NCBI GenBank assembly: GCA_003056265.1
Contig: NBVN01000002.1
Coordinates: forward strand, 120,001-152,000
Length of the DNA: 32,000 bases
Direction: 5' to 3'
Origin: Zestosphaera tikiterensis
Lineage (GTDB): Archaea; Thermoproteota; Thermoprotei_A; Sulfolobales; NBVN01
Shown: positions 7,391-16,235 of the stretch, one piece after another
How the letters are laid out: every line of letters begins with the position of its first letter
How positions within the stretch are numbered: position 1 is the first letter of the stretch
The notes under the pieces: generated by a model
What the model was told of the DNA's origin: nothing
Databases searched by the model: none
What the model saw: the letters and a program-made list of their open reading frames with translations, nothing else
Position numbers and translations under genes: made by a program

Positions 7391-7669
7391 TCATCTCTGA
7401 TGACATAGCTTTACTATCACATCAGTTAGTTCCTTAAATGACTTCACGTCCCTCCCATATTGAATAAATACAACATTCGGAAATTCCTTAACTACGTCGA
7501 AAACGTGAACATCTCTATCGTCCACGTATATAAGCAATTCAACATAAACCTCATCGGAAATCTCCTTAGAGAGTTTAGCTAAATAATCTTTAAGCATTAA
7601 ATGTTTATTAGGATGAAACTCTATTAGATGAGCGTCAAACAATTCATAAATCCCGAAAAGCTTTAAAGC
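7391..7669 (-). pseudogene. C-terminal half of an MDP-1-like (magnesium-dependent phosphatase-1) HAD phosphatase gene split by an insertion
   Basis: ALKLFGIYELFDAHLIEFHPNKHLMLKDYL...LLIYVDDRDVHVFDVV has the HAD motif III Lys region and the motif IV DD. It has no N-terminal DxD motif of its own, and the frame stays open upstream of the TTG start. Confidence 0.7.
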
Positions 7670-7711
7670 CGTAGCACGTTCTATATAATTTCTTGATATT
7701 CTTAAATAGTC

Positions 7712-7852
7712 TTAATCACTTTCTTCTATGGCTATAACGTTAATTTCTTTTCCGTGGAGCTTCTTAAGCTTCTCCTGGTATTCCTTTGGTGGGTATATTA
7801 GGTATCTTGTGTTGCTTTTAACTACTCTAGCTTTAAAGACGTATATCAGCAT
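7712..7852 (-). CDS. Small ORF (46 aa), possibly AbrB/SpoVT-like
   Basis: ATG start preceded by ggtgagtgaatat (GGTGA Shine-Dalgarno). ARVVKSNTRYLIYPPKEYQEKLKKLHGKEINVIAIEE resembles a swapped-hairpin AbrB domain. Too short for the ORF track. Confidence 0.35.
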   Translation of the reverse strand: MLIYVFKARVVKSNTRYLIYPPKEYQEKLKKLHGKEINVIAIEESD

Positions 7853-7931
7853 ATATTCACTCACCAAGATGTGGTCTGTGCATAAAAGCTCATAAATCTA
7901 TACACCAATAGAGTTTTTAGGTGTTTGCCTG

Positions 7932-9164
7932 ATGAAGGCGTTTATCCGCTCTAGAGTTGGGCGGATGCCTGAGGGAGTATATCATAGGGCTTTAAAAGCT
8001 GAGGCTGAGGTTGTAGATGGGGATATTGGGGATCTACTCTATGACTTAGCCATTCATAGATACGTTCTTCAGAGGGTTGTGGATGCGTTATGGGATTTGG
8101 GGGAGATACCTAAGAAAGATCAAGCACATCAAATGTTCTACGAAATGCTTAGAGTATATGGTTTTAGAGCACATGTAGCTAGAAACATATACAACACAGC
8201 AATAGCTTTTTAGTTAAATCCACTAAAAACAACGGAGGTTCAAAACCTACCGTTAAAAAGCTTAGTGCTAGACTAGACCATCAAGACGCTAAAGTAAATT
8301 TAAGCAACAGAACAGTTAGAATAATCCTTAGAGATAAATGGTATACACTCAGAATTAAGCACAGGAATGGATATATTGAAAGATTCGAAGGCTTGAAGTG
8401 GAAGGAGGTTCACGTTAAATACCGTAGTGGTAAGCTCTACGTTAGCATAGTGTTTAAGGTAAGATACACACCATACATTCCTAAAGGTGTTGTAGCTCTA
8501 GACCTGAATTTGAGGTGTGTCGTATCGTATGATGGCTCTGATGTTAGGAGGTATAGAACTAAATTTATAGATGCTCTCAGTAAAAAAGCTAGAGCTGAAG
8601 AAATTCGGAAGAAGTATCCTAAGAGGTGGAGATACAATAGGAAGATTTTGAAGAGGGTTAGGAGCCTCCATAGGAGGTCTAGAAATATTGTTGTGGATTG
8701 GTGTGGGAAGTACGCTAAAGAAATTACGTGGAAGGCTAAGAAATATGGCTACGCAATAGCTTTAGAAGATTTAAAGGAACTTAGAAAATCATTCAATAAT
8801 AAAAATGATAGAGTTGTTTGGAAGCTCACGATGTTCGCATATAGGAGGCTTCAAGAATCAATAATGAATAAAGCTATTGAGTATAACGTCCCCATAGTGT
8901 TTGTGAATCCAAAGAAAACATCTTCAACATGTCCAAGATGTAAATCAAAAGTTAGATATAATTGGAAGATTCGGGATATGTAACAAATGCGGGTTTAAAG
9001 CCGATAGAGATGTAATAGGAGCTATAAACATTTGGCTGAAGGTTTTAAAAGCGTGTGCGGGGGTGTTTGGGTCGCCCCTAAGAGCCTCCGCAGTGAAGGA
9101 TGAAACCAGACAGAGCGGAGGAACAAAACATGAGGGGATGAAGAAAGTAATCAGAAGTAACTAA
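7932..9164 (+). pseudogene. tnpB: TnpB (IS605 OrfB, RuvC-like RNA-guided nuclease family) with two frameshifts
   Basis: There are three in-order fragments. Frame A is 7932-8213. Frame B runs from ~8213 to ~8960 (VKSTKNNGGSKPTVKKLSARLD...VVALDLNLR...IALEDLK...CPRCKSK). Frame A resumes at ~8961-9164 (GRFGICNKCGFKADRDVIGAINIW...). The RuvC D/E/D residues and the CxxC...CxxC zinc finger are all present. Confidence 0.85.
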
Positions 9165-9196
9165 AAGCGATTGAGAGTATCATTCAGACTCGAACC

Positions 9197-9424
9197 CTCT
9201 TCAGCTACTTCCCTCACATTCCAACTCAACGTAACTACCTTAAAACCCATTTCTTTACAGAAAGTTACTAACTCACGTACGCCTTCACGTAAATTAACTT
9301 TAACGCCTTGAGAATCTACTATAGTGTAGTCATCCAACTTTTTGAAAGGCGGGTTTAACGCCGATATATCCAGCGTATCCCAAACAACGCCGTCTAGATC
9401 AAGCGCTAAGATCCTTATCCTCAA
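9197..9424 (-). pseudogene. N-terminal half of the split MDP-1-like HAD phosphatase gene
   Basis: ILALDLDGVVWD is HAD motif I and VVTLSWN is motif II. After ...EVAEE the reading frame runs into element-derived sequence (GSSLNDTLNRF*). Confidence 0.7.
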
Positions 9425-9511
9425 GTCCTCAACCCTAAGCTGATTAACGCCGATTTATTTAAGCGTAACGAACTTAATTAGCGGTTTTAAACCCTTAAAC
9501 ACCTTATTTTA

Positions 9512-9570
9512 AATGAATGATGAGTGTGGCGGTCACGGAACAGTGAAGACTTAGGAGCCCACTGACTTAA
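9512..9570 (+). ncRNA. C/D box sRNA candidate
   Basis: C box ATGATGA (9517-9523), 12-nt guide, degenerate D' cgga, 3-nt spacer, C' GTGAAGA (9543-9549), 12-nt guide, D box CTGA (9562-9565). A TATA-like ttttaaac lies ~25 nt upstream. A hairpin plus T6 (9578-9599) lies downstream. Confidence 0.65.
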
Positions 9571-9773
9571 CTCTAACGAAATCATTACCTTCGTTTTTTA
9601 CATTGGGTTCATTAAGTGAAGGTAGCAGTGGAAGAATCGCTACACTTAATTAGGTAATCGATGAAGTCAATGAAAAATTAGTGAAGCGATTCAAGCACGC
9701 TTCAAATAGCCATATATTCCATGTTTTTTAAAGAGGGTTTTGGAAAAAAGCTTTGATGCTTACCTCGGCTTTA

Positions 9774-10067
9774 TTACTCCTTCTTGCTTATTATTATTTC
9801 TATCGTCGAGACTCTAGACTGTTTGCCTTCAGAGCTAGTTACTACCTGACTTCCGATCTTTATCTCCTTAACGTTTACTTTCTCAGGTAGAAACCTGCTC
9901 CTAACAATCTCTACTGTGTCGACAGCTTTGCTTATAGCTCGTCCCCTAGCCTTAATGACGATCTCAGGCACTCCTTGGTTTAACAGAGTTAGAGTTGCTA
10001 ATACGTAGTTCATTACGGGTTTCTTACCTACTAACACTACGTTGCTAGACATCGGACCTTGCGCCAT
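9774..10067 (-). CDS. albA: Alba (Sac10b/Sso10b) DNA/RNA-binding protein
   Basis: [22 protein letters not shown]...[23 protein letters not shown], 97 aa. Confidence 0.92.
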   Translation of the reverse strand: MAQGPMSSNVVLVGKKPVMNYVLATLTLLNQGVPEIVIKARGRAISKAVDTVEIVRSRFLPEKVNVKEIKIGSQVVTSSEGKQSRVSTIEIIISKKE

Positions 10068-10207
10068 TTCTACACACCTTGTTGTTGCTTGTTTTTATTT
10101 CGTTAATGTTTAATACGGTTAGCCTTAAAAAGTTTTTCCTATTAATGAAGAAGGAACGTCCCCACTAATATATAAGTTCCAGCGTGAATAAATGATTAGA
10201 TGGGAGT

Positions 10208-10540
10208 ATGGAATTCGAAGGGAGAGTTAAGGCGTTGTTTAACGGATATGCTAAAATAGATAAAATACCCGTTAACATAGCTAAGGGTTTGGCGGAGGCT
10301 AAGATCACACCTCAAGACTTAACCAATCCCATCGCTTTCCAGCTAGCTTTTTCAAGGCTTTACGATGCCCTACTTAAGGTGGTGGAAAGCGGAAGCGAAC
10401 CGTCATACATAGCTGAAGTTAGGTTTAAAGACAGCTTAGGCAATGAAGTGGTTATGGCTGTAGACCTAGGTAAGGAAATGCCGGCTTTCACAAGCAACGT
10501 AGTTAGAGCTAAAATCACTGTAGAGTTGTTTGAAGAGTAG
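10208..10540 (+). CDS. Hypothetical protein (110 aa), co-directional and 23 nt upstream of XPB
   Basis: A clean ORF with an ATG start. No family recognised. Confidence 0.55.
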   Translation: MEFEGRVKALFNGYAKIDKIPVNIAKGLAEAKITPQDLTNPIAFQLAFSRLYDALLKVVESGSEPSYIAEVRFKDSLGNEVVMAVDLGKEMPAFTSNVVRAKITVELFEE

Positions 10541-10563
10541 TTGCGTTGCTAGGATGAGATTTA

Positions 10564-12219
10564 ATGAAGGATGAAGACCTAATCGTGAGGTATAAGGGTT
10601 GGCTCAGTAGGGAAGACTTCAGTAAAATGATTGAAATAGCTGATTACTTAGGGAAAGACCTAGGTGCTATAGCCTTCAGACTATCTAAAGAGAAGATAAT
10701 GCGTAACAACCTAACCGTCGACGAAGTTCTAAGCATACTTGACGACATCGGCATCGAATACAGTGACGCGTTAGTGGAGACGTTAAATAAAGTCTTATCT
10801 AAAAACCTGGGAAGAGCCGTTATTAGTTTTGACGGGGCTAAGATATACGTAAAATTCGATAGATTCATAGGTGAGACATACCACAACAAGTTGAAAAACC
10901 TCCTTAAATACGACTTTAAATCTAAAGCGTTCTATACATACCCGTTCAACTATTTTAAAACGAAGAACATACTTAAGGAGCTGGGGTTCACAGTAGAGGA
11001 TTTAACAGGTTTTAAAGAAACTAACGCGTTACCACTTAAGGTAGAGTTTAAAGGAAGCCTTAGGGAATACCAGAAAGAAGCTTTAGATGCGTGGTGGAAG
11101 GCCTCAGGGCAAGGAATTATAGCCCTCCCTACAGGCGCTGGAAAAACAGTCGTTGGCATAGCAGCTCTTTCCCTAGTCAACGAAGCGACTTTAATAATCG
11201 CCTACACGAAAGAACAGCTAATGCAGTGGGAGAAATTCATCGTTAAATTCACGAACTTAAGTCCCTCATTGATAGGGCTTTACTATAGTGAGGAGAAGAA
11301 ATTAGCGCCTATAACCTTAGCTACTTACCAAACAGCATACAGATATATGAGTAAGTTAGCACCTTACTTCAGCCTTCTAATAATAGACGAGGTACATCAC
11401 CTGCCAGCAGATAAATTCAGACATATAGCTATTACATCACCAGCTAAGTTTAGAATGGGTCTCTCAGCTACACCATATAGAGAAGATGGAAAACATGAAG
11501 ATCTCTTCCCACTTATGGGTGGGGTTGTATACTATAAATCACCTTACGAACTTGCTGAAATGGGTTACTTAGCTAGGTATAGGGTAGTAACCATACGAGT
11601 TGAGTTGAAGGGAGAGGAGAAGAAGAGGTATTTAGAGCTTAGGAAGGCTTTCAAAGAGCTTTCCGGAGGTCTAGACTTCAAGACGTTGGTGGACTTAGCC
11701 AAGTCCGGAAATCAAAGAGCCATTCAAGCCCTTAAAGTTCACAGCGAAATCATGAAGATACTTTCTACGTGTAGAGCTAAAGTAGATAAGGTTAAGGAGT
11801 TGGTAGAGCGTGAGGTAGCTGAAGGGAGGAAGGTTATAGTCTTCGCTCATTACGTCTCTCTAGCTGAGGAAATAGCTAAGGAAACCAACGCATATCTACT
11901 TACCGGTGAACTAGACGAAGCGAGAAGGAGGAGTATTTTAGAACAATTTAAAAACGCGAAATCAGGGGTTTTAGTTGTTACGACTGTGGGAGACGAAGGC
12001 ATCGACATTCCTGACGCTTCAGTGGGGATATTCGTCGCTGGAACCGGGTCAAGAAGGCAATTCATTCAAAGGCTGGGAAGGCTTTTAAGACCTCAGCCAG
12101 GTAAAGAGGCAGTTCTCTACGAAGTAGTTGTTAAAGGCACAAGCGAGGAACTTCAGTCGAGGAGAAGGAAGACTTTAAGCTTAGAAGACTTAGCAGACGT
12201 AGATGAAAGCTCTGATTAA
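10564..12219 (+). CDS. xpb: XPB/Rad25/SSL2-type SF2 DNA repair helicase
   Basis: Walker A LPTGAGKT, DEVHH box, XPB RED motif (TPYREDG), TVGDEGIDIP and QRLGRLLR. Confidence 0.88.
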   Translation: MKDEDLIVRYKGWLSREDFSKMIEIADYLGKDLGAIAFRLSKEKIMRNNLTVDEVLSILDDIGIEYSDALVETLNKVLSKNLGRAVISFDGAKIYVKFDRFIGETYHNKLKNLLKYDFKSKAFYTYPFNYFKTKNILKELGFTVEDLTGFKETNALPLKVEFKGSLREYQKEALDAWWKASGQGIIALPTGAGKTVVGIAALSLVNEATLIIAYTKEQLMQWEKFIVKFTNLSPSLIGLYYSEEKKLAPITLATYQTAYRYMSKLAPYFSLLIIDEVHHLPADKFRHIAITSPAKFRMGLSATPYREDGKHEDLFPLMGGVVYYKSPYELAEMGYLARYRVVTIRVELKGEEKKRYLELRKAFKELSGGLDFKTLVDLAKSGNQRAIQALKVHSEIMKILSTCRAKVDKVKELVEREVAEGRKVIVFAHYVSLAEEIAKETNAYLLTGELDEARRRSILEQFKNAKSGVLVVTTVGDEGIDIPDASVGIFVAGTGSRRQFIQRLGRLLRPQPGKEAVLYEVVVKGTSEELQSRRRKTLSLEDLADVDESSD

Positions 12220-12891
12220 AACCTCATTAAGTAAGTCGGTAACCTCTAATTCGTTTCTTGAAACGCCATTAACAACTATAGACCTATTGAAGCTTAACTC
12301 ACCTACAAGAACCTCATCGTTAAGAGTTAATAAAGGCTTGGTAAGAAGTTTCAACTTAGGTATGTCATTTAAATCTACAACCTTGTAAAACTCAACCTCC
12401 GAGTTAGGTAATACCAGACCAGACAGAATCGGGTGTGAAAACCATAGAGATTTAAGCAATCCCTTACAACTCCTTAACCTAACGTCATTAAGCGAATGCA
12501 GTAATGCCACATGTCTCTCCATAAGGAAGTTATTTAAGTACGTCTCTAAGCTTAAGTTGCTGCCTTCATCAATTACGGTACACCTTCTACCCTTAACAGA
12601 CGAGGGATCATCCTTAACTACCTTAGAAGGCAGCAGAGTCTCAACTAACTTCCTTAACCTACCATTACCTATAAAAACAACAGACTCAGACTCAAAAACT
12701 TTCTTAACATCACACCAAACGTCCTCAGCTAAAACGTAATCAGGATCCCTAATCGATAAAGGCTCTGCGGCAAAAATGGAAAGTTGAGGTAAAGCAATGC
12801 GTATTGAAGAGACGCCCCTCCCTTTAACTAAGGCGGTAGTTGGTTTAAGCAATATGTAAGTATCTTCGCTATGTTCAATCAATTCACTCAC
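12190..12891 (-). CDS. Hypothetical protein (233 aa), family not recognised
   Basis: A long ORF in coding-like composition with a GTG start. Its 3' end overlaps the XPB 3' end by 30 nt (convergent). Confidence 0.5.
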   Translation of the reverse strand: MSELIEHSEDTYILLKPTTALVKGRGVSSIRIALPQLSIFAAEPLSIRDPDYVLAEDVWCDVKKVFESESVVFIGNGRLRKLVETLLPSKVVKDDPSSVKGRRCTVIDEGSNLSLETYLNNFLMERHVALLHSLNDVRLRSCKGLLKSLWFSHPILSGLVLPNSEVEFYKVVDLNDIPKLKLLTKPLLTLNDEVLVGELSFNRSIVVNGVSRNELEVTDLLNEVLIRAFIYVC

Positions 12892-13174
12892 TAAGCTAAG
12901 GTCTTCACTAAACCTCCTTACTAAATAAACAACACTCCCGGAATGTAACCTTATACCTAATCACCTATTCAAAAACGTTAAGCTTTCTTATATTGATTTG
13001 AAGCCAAACCATAAACATAAGCTCTTTATGTAGCGAGGGCTTAGGATGTGATATTCGGTACAATGTTCAATCAAATGGAAGGTGTGTGGCATCCACCTTG
13101 ACATAACCTCATGCAGTACGGATGAAATCTATAAAATAGAGTTGAAAGATAAATATAACCTTCAATACAAAGCT

Positions 13175-13235
13175 AAACTTGATGAAGAACCTTGTAAGGT
13201 CTGAAGCTGTGATGAAGACCAGGCTTCTGAAATTT
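13175..13235 (+). ncRNA. C/D box sRNA candidate
   Basis: C box tTGATGA (13179-13185), 15-nt guide, D' CTGA (13201-13204), 4-nt spacer, C' GTGATGA (13209-13215), 11-nt guide, D CTGA (13227-13230), then aattttat. Confidence 0.7.
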
Positions 13236-13376
13236 TATGTGGTCTTTAGAGCTGATGAGGAGGTTCTGTAAAGATGTTTCAACGTAAACTTATTCTCCGC
13301 AATTACCTATTTTACGATGTTTAAGGCATTAATAGAAAGCTTTTAATTTCCGATAAGAAATATAATATGATGTGAT

Positions 13377-13625
13377 ATGCCCGCAGCTTTAGTTCTTATA
13401 AATACAGAGATAGGATCTGAAAGTGACGTTATGAACGCGCTATCTAAGATTGACGGCGTTAAGGAAATCTATGAGGTTTATGGTATGTACGACATAGTCG
13501 TTAAGGTCGAAGCTGAAACGCATGAAGCCCTTAGGGAGTTAGTCATTAATAAAATTAGACGTATACCTCAAGTTAGAGGAACAACTACGATGATAGTTAT
13601 TGAGCAGAGGGTAATAAGTAAGTAA
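13377..13625 (+). CDS. Stand-alone Lrp/AsnC ligand-binding (RAM) domain protein
   Basis: 82 aa: ALVLINTEIGSESDVMNALSKIDGVKEIYEVYGMYDIVVKVEAE...L..LV..KIR.IPQVRGTTT is a typical RAM-domain fold pattern, with no HTH. Confidence 0.8.
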   Translation: MPAALVLINTEIGSESDVMNALSKIDGVKEIYEVYGMYDIVVKVEAETHEALRELVINKIRRIPQVRGTTTMIVIEQRVISK

Positions 13626-13669
13626 GCTCTGAAAAACACTTGATTTTCCAAAAGGGGAAAAACTTAAAG

Positions 13670-14308
13670 TCAGGCTTTCTTTTTACGAATATATTCAACC
13701 GTGTCTGGACGCACGTTTTTAGACGCTTTTTCATAACCTACGTCAAACAGCTTTAAGTTAACTTCTCTTACCTTACCTCTGCCTATGTTAGCTACTTCCT
13801 GCCTAACGCTGTCCTTAGATATTATGTTACCTTCGCTAAGGATGTATGTAGTAAAACCAAGCAGCACTATGTTGGCTCCGTAGGGATTGCCTAGATTTAA
13901 AGACTCTTCAGAAGCGTTAACTAAGTAGAAATGTTTTACGGCGTTAGCTACCCTTATAAGATCGTCTCTACTGGGTAATACGATCTTGGGGATGGAAGGA
14001 CGGATGATCTTATCGTTAGAAATTAATATGGAGTCCTTCTGCTGCATTGAGATGTTTCTAACAGCTTCAATTAACTCAAGCGATACATGTATGTCAACCT
14101 CCCCCTCAGGTATTAAAGGAGCTGATAACTCGTCATTGCCTATCCTGACGTGCACCACTACAGAGCCTCCACGTTGACTTAATCCATGTGTTTCAGCTAC
14201 GTATGCTTTCATGCCTTCCTTTATAGCTGCCTGGCCTAATAACCTAGCTAGAGTAAGGAGTCCTTGGCCGCCAACACCTGAAACTAATATGTTAATCAAC
14301 ATCCTCAC
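13670..14308 (-). CDS. iorB: Indolepyruvate:ferredoxin oxidoreductase, beta subunit
   Basis: It has GVGGQGLLT near the N-terminus and a 4-nt overlap with upstream iorA. Confidence 0.85.
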   Translation of the reverse strand: MRMLINILVSGVGGQGLLTLARLLGQAAIKEGMKAYVAETHGLSQRGGSVVVHVRIGNDELSAPLIPEGEVDIHVSLELIEAVRNISMQQKDSILISNDKIIRPSIPKIVLPSRDDLIRVANAVKHFYLVNASEESLNLGNPYGANIVLLGFTTYILSEGNIISKDSVRQEVANIGRGKVREVNLKLFDVGYEKASKNVRPDTVEYIRKKKA

Positions 14309-16203
14309 CTCCAGTACTTCTCCACCTCTTCCTGGTCGTACTCTTCAGAAGGAACTATAGCTTTTGTGGGACATACTTGAACGCATGCTGCGCAACCTAC
14401 ACACAGCTCCGGATCTATAGACGCTTTTCTATTGCTTAAAGAGGTTATCGCTGGGCATGAGAACCAGTCATAACATATGCCGCAACCTATACATTTATCC
14501 TCAAGTACTTTAAACGTAACGTATTTAACGCCCGCTCGAGTTAAATCCCTAACGACCTCTAAAGCACATCTCCTCCTAACAACAACCACAGCAGGTTCTC
14601 TATTCGTTTTAACGTACTCTACAGCCTTCTTCAGAACTTCACGAACTTTTTTAATGTCGAAGGGATCCACAACTTCAACGAACTTAACCCCTATGCCTCG
14701 GGCAACCTCTTCTATAAGTATCGGTTGTAGATTGCCGTCCCTTCTGGAGGAAGGCGCTGGTTGATGACCCGTCATAGCAGTTACTTCGTTATCTAACACA
14801 ACTGTAATGAGGGGTTTCCTTAACCAAACAGCGTTTACGAGCGGTGGAAGACCGGCATGGTAGAACGTAGAATCGCCTATAGTAGCTATAACGACATCTT
14901 CTGTCACTACGCTTAACCCACCACCTACACCTATACTACTTCCCATCTCAATCGTAACGTCCTGAAGGTTGTATGGGGGATTATACGCTAGTGAATAACA
15001 CCCTATATCTCCAGAGATAATGTAGGGTAGTTTCTCTTGGGTTAAGAACCTCCTTAACTCGAAGAAGAACGGCCTGTAGGGACATCCGGGGCAGAACGTA
15101 GGGGGTCTAGGCGGTAATTTAACATCTACCGTTAATGGAGTTGAGTCAGTACTTAATAACCGCACCCCCATAAACTCCGCGATGGCTTTCCTAACTCTAT
15201 AGTGTGTGAGTTCAAACTCCATACCAACTAAGTCCTTACCTCTAACAGGTATTTTAACGCCTTCGTCATAAAGTATCGATTTAACTTCTTTCTCAACTAA
15301 TGGATCAAGCTCCTCAACTACGAGTACGTTCTCAACGTCCTCAACGCTTTTAAGCAGGAGATCCCTAGGTAATGGGTACGTAGTAGCTAACTTAAGTATT
15401 TTAACTTTATCCTCAACGCCTAAATACTTAACCGCCTCCCTAACATACCCGTAAGCTAACCCTGAAGCAACTATTAAGCTCTTCCCATCCCCTTGAATTG
15501 AGTTGAACGGAAACTCATTCACGGCTTTGGAGATTTCCTTCCACTTCTGTAAAAGCCTCTGTTTGTTTCTTCGCGCGTTAGCAGGCACTACAACATACCT
15601 GTCCTCTTTGTTAAACTTACCTTTAACTTTAGGTTCTGGTATAGGGCCTAGATCAACATATCCTCTAGTATGGCTAACTCTAGTTGTAGTTCTTAACAAC
15701 ACCGGATGTTTAAACCTAGAACTAAACTCAAAAACAGCCTTAGTTAAGTCTTTAGCTTCAGTAGCATCGTAGGGCTCAAAAACAGGTACGAAGGCGTGAA
15801 CTCCAAACCATCTGTTGTCTTGCTCGTTCTGGCTGCTATGCATACTGGGGTCGTCTGCGGTAACGATAACAAAACTTTCTTCAACCCCCGTATAAGCTGC
15901 GCTCATAAACGGGTCGGCCGCTACGTTTAAACCTACGTGCTTCATAGCGGTTAAAGACTTAACCCCAGCTATTGCAGCAGCGTATGCCGTCTCGAAAGCT
16001 ACCTTCTCATTAACACTCCATTCAACGTAGATGCCTAAAATGTCTTTAACACTCATTAACGATTCGACAATCTCTGAAGAGGGTGTACCTGGGTAAGCCG
16101 CAGCTACCCCCAACCCAGCCTCCAAAGCTCCGCGGGCGATGGCTTCATTACCTAAAAGAAAGTGTCTCCCACCGCTTAACCTGGCTAAACTACTAAAGCT
16201 CAC
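14305..16203 (-). CDS. iorA: Indolepyruvate:ferredoxin oxidoreductase, alpha subunit
   Basis: It has a TPP-binding region (GDSTFYHAG...NEVTAMTG) and two C-terminal 4Fe-4S motifs (CIGCGICYDWFSCP, CVGCAACVQVCP), 632 aa. Confidence 0.88.
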   Translation of the reverse strand: MSFSSLARLSGGRHFLLGNEAIARGALEAGLGVAAAYPGTPSSEIVESLMSVKDILGIYVEWSVNEKVAFETAYAAAIAGVKSLTAMKHVGLNVAADPFMSAAYTGVEESFVIVTADDPSMHSSQNEQDNRWFGVHAFVPVFEPYDATEAKDLTKAVFEFSSRFKHPVLLRTTTRVSHTRGYVDLGPIPEPKVKGKFNKEDRYVVVPANARRNKQRLLQKWKEISKAVNEFPFNSIQGDGKSLIVASGLAYGYVREAVKYLGVEDKVKILKLATTYPLPRDLLLKSVEDVENVLVVEELDPLVEKEVKSILYDEGVKIPVRGKDLVGMEFELTHYRVRKAIAEFMGVRLLSTDSTPLTVDVKLPPRPPTFCPGCPYRPFFFELRRFLTQEKLPYIISGDIGCYSLAYNPPYNLQDVTIEMGSSIGVGGGLSVVTEDVVIATIGDSTFYHAGLPPLVNAVWLRKPLITVVLDNEVTAMTGHQPAPSSRRDGNLQPILIEEVARGIGVKFVEVVDPFDIKKVREVLKKAVEYVKTNREPAVVVVRRRCALEVVRDLTRAGVKYVTFKVLEDKCIGCGICYDWFSCPAITSLSNRKASIDPELCVGCAACVQVCPTKAIVPSEEYDQEEVEKYWR

Positions 16204-16235
16204 GTTTTTACCCTAATAATTTAAGTTATAGAAAG

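Larger units (their letters stand above)
7670..9196 (+). mobile_element. IS200/IS605-family, tnpB-only (IS1341-like) insertion element. Ends are inferred to +/-10 nt from the interrupted host gene.
   Basis: It lies exactly between the two halves of the MDP-1-like gene and contains tnpB (+) and a small ORF (-). No tnpA is present. Confidence 0.7.

Noticed and set aside
9186-9206. tRNA-like T-arm (minus strand GGGTTCGAGTCTG) at the right end of the IS element
   Set aside because: The flanking bases cannot form the 5-bp T stem, and no acceptor, D or anticodon arms are present.
9606-9655. Hairpin attaagtg...cacttaat with an inner tagc/gcta stem
   Set aside because: It is a real inverted repeat, but AT-rich, without recognisable RNA-family boxes, and it lies between two terminators. 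It is probably a transcription-termination or incidental structure.
12190-12219. Convergent 3' overlaps of gene pairs (XPB with the 233-aa ORF here, and HAD with moeA at 26622-26661)
   Set aside because: Short convergent overlaps are common in compact archaeal genomes and may partly reflect ORF over-extension. Nothing further supports a regulatory role.
13251-13300. Third C box (cTGATGA at 13252-13258) as another C/D sRNA
   Set aside because: No D or D' box (CTGA) follows within 70 nt.
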